Assembly (NCBI GenBank): GCA_964019335.1 | Contig: OZ025718.1 | Span: 62,001-126,000 of the forward strand | DNA length: 64,000 bases | Direction of reading: 5' to 3' | From: Diplonema japonicum | Lineage: Eukaryota > Protista > Euglenozoa: Diplonemea | Shown here: positions 20,253 to 31,983 of the stretch, piece by piece | How positions within the stretch are numbered: position 1 is the first letter of the stretch | How the letters are laid out: every line of letters begins with the position of its first letter | Notes under the pieces: generated by a model | The model's database searches: none | The model's input: only the letters and a program-made list of their open reading frames with translations | Told to the model about the DNA's origin: nothing | Position numbers and translations under genes: made by a program

Positions 20253-23200
20253 CTAGCCACTCTCCGGAAGGTGCTGCGGAGGGTGCAGAGGGTGAGCCCT
20301 GTTTTGGTTTGAAAGAAATATTTGTTATGTACATACGGAGAGCTAAATGTCTGTTCGATGGGGTTGGGAGGTGCGACGGTGTAAAAATCTTGTGTGGAAT
20401 GGCTTGGCACCTGTTGCACCTCTTTGGGGTCGTTTGGGTCCGATCGTGTGTGATACACTAAAGCTGCGATGAGCCCTGTCATTGCGATGACACCACCTGC
20501 AATGGCAACAGGAATTACCCACGAGGGCAAGCCATCATCAGAGGATGGCACCGACTCACCACATACAGGCGCTGACCAAGAGCATCGAGGGGCAGCGCCC
20601 ACACATGCAGTGAACGACAGCTGCGAACACGCTGTGCGGCACAACACACCATCCCAAAGGCATACCCCAGGGTATACCTCGCAGCTTGCTTTACTGTTGA
20701 AGTGGTTGCAGTTAGGCAGACACTGCGTCCCTGACCAGCTGCACAGCGACTTAAGCACGCACGCACTCTCGTTTTTATGGTCCGCACATGCCATCACGGG
20801 GAAGCACGAATCCCCCACCACAATGACGCACCCACTCTCAGCCACATTGTACAGCCGCAGCGTGGTACTCATTTCGTTCACGGAATTCGCTGCCGTCACA
20901 ATGCTGTCCCTCAACTTGTAGTCATCAACCGACACTATAACAGACGCGCCGCTGGGTGTCTTCGACGTCCCATCCTTTGCCACACTCTCAATTGTGATGG
21001 ACGAGGGAGGCACACTCAAGTGGTTCCCAATGACATTCTTCCATTGCTCTTGTGACACTTCACTAGGGCTCATGTAGGTGATGAGCTGAATCCTGCTTTT
21101 CGCAGGCAGAACATTGATTTGCAAGACCTGCTGCACAGAGGACACACCATCGGAAAGGGCGACGTTGTAAGTAGCTGTCCCCACTGCCTCTGGCACAGTG
21201 GTGAAGGTGAGAAATCCTGACGGTGACACAGCGGGTTGTGTTGAGAAAAGAGCAGCACCCGACACGGGGGTCACAGTGTAAGTCACAGCACCTTGTGTAT
21301 TAGAAGTGCTTGTCACCCATTTACTGTTGTATGTGCCAGGTGCTGTCTGCACAACGCCTTCAGTGGTGAATAGCAATGCGGCATTCGAAGTGATGGTAAC
21401 GCTGAGGAGTGCTTCCTGGGATGTATCACTTCCACCGTTGGCCACACCGCCGTTGTCGGTAGCGGTCACCTTGATCCCCACCTGGCCAGTCTTAGATGCT
21501 GTCTTGAACGTCAATGCGCCGTCAGCTGTGATTTGCGGCTGCTCCGTCAGCATCGCGGGGTCAGTGGCCACGGCACTCAGCGTGACCTTCTGGCTTGCTT
21601 CATTTGGTGGCCCCGCTGAAATATCTGCTAGCACCTTACCGCTATATGTACCCAACGCTGGGCTTGAGATGGTTGCATTGGTAAGCACGAAGGTGGGCGG
21701 ATCATTGACCGGCTCGACAACAAACCGCACTTCTGTGTCGAAGGTGAGGGCCCTGAAGGTGGGGTCGCTCGGGTTTCCATCAGTTACTTTGATGGTGGCA
21801 ACACCTTCCCCGAAGCCGTCTTGCGTCATAGTGCTCACAAGGCTCCCATTATCAATGGTAAGCTTCACCACGTCACTTTTTGTGTTGGCTGTTTCCCAGC
21901 TAAGGAGCTGCACGTCTTCATAAGGTCCTGCTGTGGATGAGTACACCCAGTTCGGAATGGTAGTGGGCGTGTCTTCGAGGAGGGTGATCGTGGTGGGCAC
22001 CTCAAAGAGCGGTGGGTCGTTGACATCTCTCACGACAACCACCAGCTGCACAGGGTCCGCACTGTCTTTCCCACCGTTCGCAGTGCCGCCCGTGTCGCGC
22101 AGCTTGAGTGTTAGCACAGCAGTGCCGTACCTGTTCGCAGCGGACTGTAGTAGCAGGCTGGCACTGCTATCCCGGACCTCAGTTGTCGGTGGAACAGCAA
22201 AGATATCACCGCCTGACACAACCTCCACGGCAACGGTCATAGACTGCTCGCCCTCGTAGCTTCCAGCAAAGAGCTTGCTCCCGAAAGTGCGTGACACCTT
22301 CCCGAAGTCTTCTGTTAAATACAAACTGTCGACAGGCACCTCCCAACTGGGCGCATCGTTTACTGGCAACACTTCCACGGAAAGTTGAATAGCACTGGTT
22401 TCTAACTCGCCGTCCCCCAGCACAATGCTCAGGACAGTGTCCCCGTATCTGTCATCTGCCAGTGTGAAACTCAAGAAACAGTCCTTATTGATGCTCGGCT
22501 GCACGGTAAACAGCGTCGAGTCCCTCGGAGAGACGGTGAAGCGTACAACGCTCACTTCCTCATTCGGAGCACCTGCCGAGACGCTGCTGCACCACACCGC
22601 ATTGTGCCCCGTGCTGTCTTCCAGCACTGTGATGGGTCCCCCTGGAGTGAAGAAGGGCACGTCGTTGATAGGCCTTACTGTGATCAACAGTTGCTGGGGG
22701 ATACTTGCCATGCCATTCACCTCTTCAAGGATCACCTCCACGTTAGCAGGGCCATTCATATCAGGCGCCAAGGTGAAAGTGAGTGTTCCGCTGCTATCAA
22801 TGGAAGGCATCCCACCTGTGGAGAACACTTCAGCACCACTGAGGACGCGCAACTGAAATCCCCTCAATGCCCTGGTGGTATCTGCAGGGTTACCTGTCAA
22901 GGGGTTTGTGGCCCACTGCTCAAGGTAGGGAAGCGAGTCCTCATCGACAGTCACAGCTTGGCCTGCGTCAAAGGTGGGCTTGCCCATGATGCCATCTGGC
23001 AGCACGTTCACTAAAAAAGTATCACACGTCTTTCCGTTTTCGCTGTCGACGAGGCACAGATCTACAGACGCGAGTCCTATCTTCCCGCTCCTAGGGACCA
23101 CCGTAAGGTCGCCATCTAGGCCCACGTTTACACTTGACAGCAGTGCTTCATCGAAGCTGGGCTCAAATCTCAGCGTTTGGTAATCCTCAAAAGGCCCCGC

Positions 23201-26200
23201 AGATATGGTGCTTGGGTCTATCCATTGGGGTGCCACGAGAGTCTCATCCACAGTGGTGACTTGGTTGGGCCCGATCACAAAGGTAGGCACATCGTTGGTG
23301 TTGGGGATCACGAGTGTGAAGTTCACGGGGGAAGACTGATGCCTGTGTCCTCCACCCTGCGGCCCATCATCAGAAACTATCACTGAACACACGCACCCTC
23401 CGCTAGGTGTGAACCTGTCCTTGTTCAGATGCAGCACTAACCCGCGAGTGTCCATGGCTACCGACGAGGCTGCCCCCAAGACTCCATCACAAGAACTTTC
23501 ACAACTGATTGTTGAAGACAGCTGTTGCGAGGCTTCCGTAGGGTACAATCCAGGTGTGATAGACCCCAAGAAGTTGTTCTCTGTGTGCGTGGTAGGCGTG
23601 TCAGCCTCCACTGCCGTTACCACAGGAACAAGTACCACGAAGGTGGGTGCTGTGTTGAACCTCTCCACATTGATAGTGAACGACCTCTCCGCCGATCTGT
23701 CGGAACCACCATTAAGCGTCCCGCCATCATCTTGAGCTACAACACGAAGCACAGCTGAACCAATATCCTTTGTGGTGAAGGTAAGATACCCATTGGCATC
23801 GATGGTGGGCGGTGCCGCAAACAGCATACTATCGGTGTTCACATGGTACACAACGTTCTGGTCGGTCTCGGTGGGTCCCGCAGTGCTGTTTGGTCCTGCT
23901 TGGGATGATGCAACGAGTATTTTATAAAAGTGAGTACCATCCCCCAAGTTCACCACCTCAGTGGCGGTCGGCACTGTCTCCGACGTGACTCCAAGCGCCT
24001 CGCGTACCACAACGTCGGGAATGGGGCGAAGAATGGGGGGGTCGTTGACGGGCACCACCTGCAATGGGAACACTTTATCCGTACACCCCCCAGCGTTGCA
24101 CAGCCTGACCGCCACGTCCTCGTCCCCGTTCATCTCCCCTTCGAGTGTTATGCTGATATCGCCATTGATGGTGTTCACAGTGCATGTCTTAACGATAACC
24201 GACCCTGCCCCGCAAGTCCCCGTCACAGGAGTTGTCGACTGTATACTGACAATACCCTGCCTGAAGACCTCCGTAGGGTCATCCTCCTTCATGACACCGG
24301 CAGCCCCCACACTAAACACAGGCGGCGGGTCGTTACTGTTCACTGCAATTGTGACCGTTGTTGTGAATGTGTCCTCTCCACCGAGGTCTGTCCCACCGTT
24401 GTCCTGCACAACAACGCTGCACACGGACGGCGCTCCCGATGTGTGTTGGTCTTTATTCAACGTGAAGGCCAGTTCCCCAGTCGCGGCCACTAGTAGCGCA
24501 CTTTTCAGAAGTGACGGATGATTGGGGCAGTTCACTGTGGTTGCCAGCACCTTCTGCGTTACTTCATCAGCAGGACCTAATATTAAACCGGTGGCAAACG
24601 ACACAGAGTGCGGACATCCTGTGTCTGCAGTGCAGGTAGAGTACGCAGTAGGGCCTGGCGGGGGAGGCAAGTTGGGAGGGTGCGTGAAGGACGGGGCGTC
24701 ATTTACGGGTAGTACACGCAGTGTGATCGTCTGGTACTCGGTTTCCAAAGGGGGCGCACCATTGTCCCTCACCTTGATTGACAGGGTTGTAACGCCATTG
24801 GCGTTAGGAGCAGGCGTAAAGGTGAGCCTTCCCAACGCATCTATGGCGGGCTGCCCTCCTGCACTGAACAGCGACGTGTCGGCAGTGTCCACAATGTACG
24901 TCACGGTCTGGGTGGCGTCTTCCTGTGTGCTCCCTGCAGTATGCGTTGAAAATGGCGAAATCACCACAGCACTAGGAACCGGGTCTTCTGTGACGATCAC
25001 ATCACCGTCGTGCCCTATGATGAAGGAGGGGGGAAGGTTTGTGTTCCCAATGGTGAGAGTGAATTCTTGAGTTAGAGAGTCGCAGCTCTGCTTTCTTGGG
25101 GCAGCAGCACCGCCATTGCAAACGCAGTCGGCTGTGACAGGCGCCGGAGTGCATTCTGAGTTGTCTCCGCTGTCCTTGAGTGTGACCCTCACGGTAACTG
25201 TCCCTGAGGCACCATCGGCCGGTGTGAAGTACAAGTCTGCAGTTGTGCCATCACCGGAAAACTGTAGCGTAGGTTGTTGCTTGAACAGTGCGGGGTTATT
25301 GTTATTAACGGTAGGGGGGTTCGTCACCCACTGCAGGGTCTGTGTGTCCTCATCCGTCCATGTAGAGCCCGTGTCGATGAAGGTGACGAATCGCGGGACC
25401 ACATGCTGCTCGCATGGGTTGCACACGACTGTTGAGTGGCTGGGCGTGAGGGTGAACTGTGGCTGGTCGTTCTTCGGGAGTACCTTCACCACCAGCTCTG
25501 CAGTGTTCCCAATGGCAGGCTGCCCGAAGTTCCCGCCATCGTCCTTCAATGTTGTACGTATCCTTGCTACGCCGTTCACGTCCGTTGCAAGTGTGAAAGT
25601 AAGCTGACCGTTTAGGGACAAGGCAGGCTGCCCGGCGGCAGTGAACAGTGCCATGTTGTCAACAGAGATGTCCCATACAAACGCCTGGTTTTCCGGACCA
25701 CCTTGCTCATTGCAGAAATTGCATGCACAAGCAGCTCCAGGGCAGCACCCGGCAGTCGGAGGGCATGTTCCCTTACAGTCGTGGTTGGCACAGTCGCCCG
25801 ACGACCAACCACCTATGCACATGTTGGTGGCCCATATAGTAGGGGGGTACACTTCATCCTCGATCAAGTTGATGCTGGGAAAGGCAGGGTCGAAAGAAGG
25901 GTGGTCGTTCTCGGGCTGGATGATGAGGGTCAGCCGTACGGTGTTCGAGTGAGACTGATGGCACGATAGATCGTTCACAAGCAAGCAGCCCCCACTGTCG
26001 AGTCCCGAGTCATGCAAGGTGACGTCCAACTCGACGGTACGCGAGCCAGGTGTGTTTGCATGGTGCGAGAGCGTCATTGTGAGGTCACCTGTTAAGACGT
26101 CTATCCGAGGCAACTCCTCAAAGAGGACTTCGTAGCACGGGTTGGCGAAGGACACATCAAACCTTGTGAGGACTTGTCGAGGGTTGCATGTGGCAGATTG

Positions 26201-27415
26201 GCAGCACGTCCCAGGCTCTGCACAAACCTCCCACCCCGGACCTATTTTCCTGTTGCTTGCCCAATTTTCGTACGACCAAACAGAAGACGCACAGCCACTT
26301 GGGTTGCAGCTATTTGCTGCGTCCTCGTCGATAGTGATGGTGGTGGGGCCGGGAACGAAGCTCGGGGGGTCATTGATTTCGTTGATGCACAAGGTGACAT
26401 CTTGAGGAGGAGACATGTCACAGCCACCGTTGGCAGTCCCTCCTGTGTCGTGCAGCGTGATGGTGCACGTCGAGCATCCGCTCATGTCCCTCGTTGGGGT
26501 GTAACACAGATCTGCCGTAGTATCTCCCTGCCTGTAGATTATTTGGGGTGTCTTTTCGAACAGCGCATCGTTGCTACAGGTCCACTTCCAGTACAGATCC
26601 TGCTGGTGGGCCGCACCAGGGCCCTCGTTGGTGCACCCTGGGTTGACGTTATTGGCAACCCTCACGCACCGCACGTCATCCTCGTTGGCCTGGATGGGCG
26701 TGACAGCGTTCCACGTGGGGCAGTTGTTCTTCTGCTCAATGTGAATTGTGAAGCACTGGCGCGGTGCGCAGTTGTCATCACCGCAGAGGTTCGGAGGGAG
26801 GCCGAGGGGCTGAGATGCACCAGTCAGGTGTGCATCGTCACAGAGTGTAACACACACAACCGAAGTGCCAAAGGCACACGGGCAGGGTGTGAATGTCAAG
26901 TCAGCAGTGCCCAGGTCGTTGGGATCAGAGCAATGAGCGGCTGGGTTGGTGGAACAGGCAGGGTTGCCCCACTGCGGCCAGCAGGGAATGATCGATGGCC
27001 CCGCACAAAACAAATTAGGCGTAGCAGTAATCGCAAAATTGAGCTGCTGTCTGCACGAACACTCGTTCTGCCCCACCAACAATGGGCATATTGTCCCCAT
27101 ACCACACGCCACATCTGCTGTTGTATCTAAACAACACGGGCCAGACAAACCACTGGGATCTCTCATGGTGCCTACGGGGCACGCCCCGGGTGCACCTGCC
27201 ATCCCTCCAGGTATGCTTGGCTGCCCGTCGTGGATCATCGGGGACCACCTCTTTCCGGGTAAAGTGTATGAGCCGCTCCCTTCAACTACGTAAACATCAG
27301 CACCCACAGTCCAGTAAGGCGCGTGATTGCACAGCACCCCGTTCACGCTGCTCACGTGGTTTCCCACTGTGACATGGATCAGCACGCACAACACGAACAG
27401 CTCTGTATGTGCCAT
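20253..27415 (-). CDS. Giant type I membrane adhesin with ~16 cadherin/Ig-like repeats; terminal intron 20299-20336
   Basis: Signal peptide, repeated VNDxPxF...ED...G.LTFT...D.GGT.NGG units, Cys-rich PSI-like repeats, TM WVIPVAIAGGVIAMTGLIAALVY and a short tail. Confidence 0.9.
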
Positions 27416-27467
27416 CCCCCCATCCTGTTGTTGGCTTTCCGTGTTTTAACAAATAACATCAACTACG

Positions 27468-28940
27468 TTAATACAAAACTAAGACGCCTCTCGGACCTGC
27501 TTTGAGACGCAGGGGTTGACTCCATGGGCTCGTTCCGAGCTTGTTCTCGGCCAGCACGTTCACGACAAAGCGATCGCCCTCAGTGACAGGAATGTCGGGC
27601 CAGGGGAAGGTAGTATCGGTTGGGGTGGAGATGACGAAGGGGCTGCACGTTTGGCTGGTGATGCGCAGGGAGTAAGATTCGATCGCGTGTCCGCAGTGAG
27701 GTGGCGGCAACCATTTAATACTGTCCGCCTCCCACACGGGCGGCTCAGGCTGAAGGGGTCTGCTGGGCAACGTCCTGAACGTAGCCTCGTCGCCGGGAGG
27801 AAGGTCCAACTCGGCACCATTTTGAATTCTTTGCCCAACGACACGGAAAGTACAGGCAGTGTGCGGCAGCAAGAGCTCGTGGACGTACCTGTACGTCCCT
27901 CCACCCGCCTTGAACACATCGAGTGTCGTGAAGTCGAAACCTTTCCTTTTCACCTGCAACGTGAAACCGCACAACTCGTACTTTTTGCACAACAGTTCAT
28001 CCCACTCAACGGTGATGCTGTCGGTGGTTGCCTCCACAAGACGCACCTCCGAAGTGAATGACCGGGGGATGGTGGTGAAGACATGGAAAGGGGCCGACCA
28101 GCTTGAAGGCCCGATATCATTGACAGCCCTGATAGTGATGATGTACTCGGTGTCCGGATGCAAATCTGTAAGCGACACCAAAGGCCTGCATTCAGTGGAG
28201 CAGATGAAGTCCTCTGTGTGGCTGGTGTATGCAACGTGGTACCGCTCAATAGCACACCCGTTGGACACTGCAGGTCTCCAGTGGAACTCAATCGTGGAAG
28301 AGTCTTTGTAGTCGACTTCTATATCGGTTAGGGCGACCGGTGATGGGCGGCAGCTTTGCGTCCGGAAGATGACAGCTGGGTAAGAGCTGCTGCTCCATAT
28401 GTTTGCGTTGCAAAGTTTTGAGATAAGAACCACATATTCGGTGCCGTATCGAAGCCCCGTCACAGTGTGAGAAGTGCCTGTTGTAAAGGCATCTTCAGGA
28501 ATGTCGTTCAGGGCATTGATGTCGTCCTCACTTTTCTGTAAAAGTCGGACCCTGTACCTCTTTACTAAATCGCTGCTTTGGGAATCGCTCCATTCCAGTG
28601 TCGCGGAGCCGATTCCCTCGTGGACCTTGATAGCGTCGGGGTTCAGGGGTATTGGCATGTCGCAAGACGTTCTAAAAACCTGTTCAATGCTGCTCTGCGA
28701 CCAGCGGTACTCTCCTTTCTTTCTGTACCTTGCTCTGTATCGGTAGTCGAAGCCCTGTCTCAAGCTTCTTCTCACGACCGGCGGCGACACGCACACCCCA
28801 TCCCACCTCCCTACATCTGCCGTCCATTCCAGAAAATACTCGTTCCCTTCCTCCTCCTTCCACCCGATAACCATCATGTCTTTACAGACATCCAATAGCT
28901 GTAAAGCTATGGTACACGGCTCGCTCGTGTAATTATTCAT
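27468..28940 (-). CDS. Fibronectin type III repeat protein
   Basis: About five FN3 units (L.W...Y.V...GL..GTEY; LHPDTEYIITIRAVNDIGPSSWS; LAENKLGTSPWS). No signal peptide. Confidence 0.88.
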   Translation of the reverse strand: MNNYTSEPCTIALQLLDVCKDMMVIGWKEEEGNEYFLEWTADVGRWDGVCVSPPVVRRSLRQGFDYRYRARYRKKGEYRWSQSSIEQVFRTSCDMPIPLNPDAIKVHEGIGSATLEWSDSQSSDLVKRYRVRLLQKSEDDINALNDIPEDAFTTGTSHTVTGLRYGTEYVVLISKLCNANIWSSSSYPAVIFRTQSCRPSPVALTDIEVDYKDSSTIEFHWRPAVSNGCAIERYHVAYTSHTEDFICSTECRPLVSLTDLHPDTEYIITIRAVNDIGPSSWSAPFHVFTTIPRSFTSEVRLVEATTDSITVEWDELLCKKYELCGFTLQVKRKGFDFTTLDVFKAGGGTYRYVHELLLPHTACTFRVVGQRIQNGAELDLPPGDEATFRTLPSRPLQPEPPVWEADSIKWLPPPHCGHAIESYSLRITSQTCSPFVISTPTDTTFPWPDIPVTEGDRFVVNVLAENKLGTSPWSQPLRLKAGPRGVLVLY

Positions 28941-29154
28941 TTTGTGTGATGGGGGGTGTTCGTTCCCTGTTTTCTTGTTGTTTCAATGTTCGGTCATGAG
29001 GGGGGGGGGGGGGGGGGGGGGATAAAACTCTAAGAAAAAAAAAAAGAAATAAATAGGGGGTAAAAGCTGGGGGTCACTTTTTTTTCTTTTTCTTTGAGCA
29101 TAAAAGTGTCCGGGAGGGTCGAGAATGTAACCCCATGTCGAGAGATAAAAAAAA

Positions 29155-29280
29155 AGAGTCGGCTGTTTGTTGTTTGTGCAAAGCCGTTTTCACCTACAGC
29201 AGGGATAAACGGATAAGCTGCCTCTACTCTTTTTTTGCAATAACAATTCTTTTCAAAGTTTGTATTCTTGTTCCAGCAAA
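29155..29280. repeat. Dispersed intergenic repeat, copy 1 (copy 2 at 46107-46250)
   Basis: Shared blocks AGAGTCGGCTG, CAGGGATAAA, AAGCTGCCTCT, AATTCTTTTCAAAGTTTGT and CTTGTTCCAGCAAA. Confidence 0.85.
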
Positions 29281-29755
29281 ATAAATAAGACTACGGTCCA
29301 AGAAAAACCGAGAGGGGGGGGGGGGGGGGGAAATCTACCAAAAAAAATCTATGTGCCCACGTAAAAGTGGGAGGGGAAAAAAAAAAAAAGAGAGAAAAGA
29401 ATTCATCGACATCGCAGTATCAGTAGTTTTCTTTCCCCTTTTTTTTCTTTCTCTTCTTTTCCTTTTTTAACTCTAAAGAGAGGAAAGTATTTAAAACAAA
29501 AAAAAAGAACAAAAAAGAGCAAGAATCGTGTGCCATGCAAGTGCCAAACAAGCATGTTCAGCAAAATAAAAAGAGATTCTCCTCTTTTTTTTTTTTTTTC
29601 TTCCTTCTTTTTTTTTTTTCTTCTCACCCCTTAGCCACTATCTATTACCTATGCGAAGTGATCAGGGTGCTGTGTGAGGTAGTCTTTCATCGCATTGTCA
29701 CTGTTAGTGATAATAATATTTCCCCCCCCCCCCCACCCCCTCTTTTTTTTTTTCT

Positions 29756-30181
29756 TCAGAAATACCTCGCCCCGTCAATCGATGCAATGACGTCTTCAAT
29801 GCTAGCTTTCTTGGGGCACATCGCAAACCTGATCAGCCCTAAATCTCCAAGGCATGCAGTCCGCCCAGTTGCGTTACGGAAGCTGTAGCTCACGTACATA
29901 TTCAGGTGATGCTTTGGGTGGATGCCCTGTTGTGTTTATAAAAAGAATTGGCCAAAAAACCCTGCTCTTGACTTAGCGATAGTCGAAGCAAGGGAAGTTT
30001 GAGTGGAGGCGCTTCGATTAAAAAAAAGACTCCCTCCACATCATCATCATGGTTTTAATAGTTTCACGAGGTGAGCTCACTTTCCTCCCCCCCAACCCCC
30101 CAAGTTACGCCGTCAAGCGTTTCCTTTCAGTCTTGAACTGAAATCAATACCAAGCTAAATATTCCCCTCCTCTTCTTCTTG

Positions 30182-30212
<31 letters not shown>

Positions 30213-31877
30213 ACATACGATAAACTTCTTCTTATAAGGCTCGCCGCTGAGCGGCTCGTTAAGCTTTTTCTTGAAATCAGTCAAAAAGTCCATTTTCTTC
30301 AGATCCCCGCGTGCAATGGCGTCCAGGTCCTTCTCTAGCGCAGAAGAGAAACCGTAATCCACCCAGTCGGGGAAAATCGTTTTGATGATCTCATTCGCAG
30401 TTTTGCCTAGTTCCGTGCTCTTCAAGCCGCTCTTTGAAAGCTCCACATAGGTGCGGCCTTCGAGTGTCTCGAGAATCGAGGCATAGGTAGAGGGCCTCCC
30501 GATTCCAAGCGATTTCATCTTTTCAATAACATCGACGGGGCCTAGAAGTGTGGGAGGCTTGGTTGTCGTTACAGCGCATGAATCGTAAGTGACCTTCACG
30601 GTATCGTTTTCCACGACGAGGTGCCTTTCATTTGCGATTTTGCGTCCCATCACACTGCTTCCGTTGTGTATGACCACCTTCTTGAAGAGCTTTGCCATGA
30701 GCGGCACATCGTCGATTAGTGGTCCTGTTAAGGTAACCTGCTGCTGAGAGAATAGAGGCGCGGGCATCGACGCCTCCAATGTCCGGAGCCTGATGCACTC
30801 GTACACGCTTTGCACTTCGGTGTCGCCGGTGACCTTCTCGGCGTGGATATTCGTTGGTCTGATCGCCTCGTGTGCCTCCTGAGCGTGTAGCGTCTTTTTG
30901 TTCTTCTTTCGCTTGGAAGATTGTGTGTACTCTGGGCCATATTTTGCCTTCACGTACTCCTGTATGTTACACCAAGCATCATGTGAAATGGTCGTGCTGT
31001 CCGTACGGATGTATGTGATAGCCCCTATCTCGAAAAGCTTCTGCAGCGCTTTGGATACTTTCGCAACGGGGAGCTTCGTTGCTTTGCTGCACTCTTTTAA
31101 ACACGAAGCCGTGTCTAGGTAGTGCGGGGGGCTGTTTTGAATCTCCTTGACGGACGCTTCGATCTTGAAGGTGGCCCCGCCGTTTAGTACCTTCTTGATG
31201 TTTTCACAATCCTCTTCCATGAGCCTCTTTCCAAGAGTAAGGTTGATCACAACGGGCTTCTTGTTCAACATCATCTTGGCTTTCACCACGAAGTAGCTTG
31301 CTTTGGCGAAGTTGGCGATTTCGTCTTCCCTGTCTCGAATAATCGATAGGGCGGGGGACTGTACACGCCCTGCGGATCTTGCGACATTTTTCGTGGAGTT
31401 TCGGAGTTTTTTTGACGCACCAATGCCGAAGTACCAGTCTATGATACGACGTGCGTTACCTGCTTCGATGAGGTTGGCGTTCAGGGGTCCTGGTGATTCC
31501 ATTGCTTCATGAACGGCAGCCTTTGTGACCTCATTGAAGAAGACCCGCTGAGCCGTGTCGATCTTGTGCTTGAGAAGATAGTCGTTGATGTCGTTCGCTA
31601 TAAGCTCGCCCTCCCTGTCGGGGTCGGTCGCGAGAAAAATATTATCCTTCCCTTTCCTGCTAAATTCAATCACCTTTTGCAGCAAGGCCTCCTTCCCTTC
31701 TGTGAATTGCCACATCCCCGTCATGTTCACCGGGTCAATATTCATCAACTCCACAACATGCCCCCTAGACGCCATCACCAGCCATGAATCATCGAGATAA
31801 CCCTGGATCGACTTTGCCTTGGACGGGGACTCCACTATCATAACATTCTTCAAGAGCCGGGGCGACAGGCGTAGCAT
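29756..31877 (-). CDS. Bacterial-type DNA topoisomerase IA, probably mitochondrial; intron 29927-30218
   Basis: Presequence-like MLRLSPRLL; Toprim IVESPSKAK and LATDPDREGE; SAGRVQS; catalytic ITYIRTDS; AHEAIRPT; GIGRPSTY. Last exon GIHPKHHL...RYF* is inferred. Confidence 0.92.
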
Positions 31878-31983
31878 TTCCCCCCCTTTTTTTTTCCCTT
31901 TTTTTTTGTTCTCCTTTCTTCTTTCCCCCGCCTTTTCTAATGGGAACAAAAAAAAAGAAAAAAAGAAAGTAAATACAGCGAAT

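Noticed and set aside
13011-28940. PKD2, adhesin and FN3 genes as a functional mechanosensory cluster
   Set aside because: They are interleaved with unrelated genes, and adjacency in euglenozoan clusters does not imply shared function.
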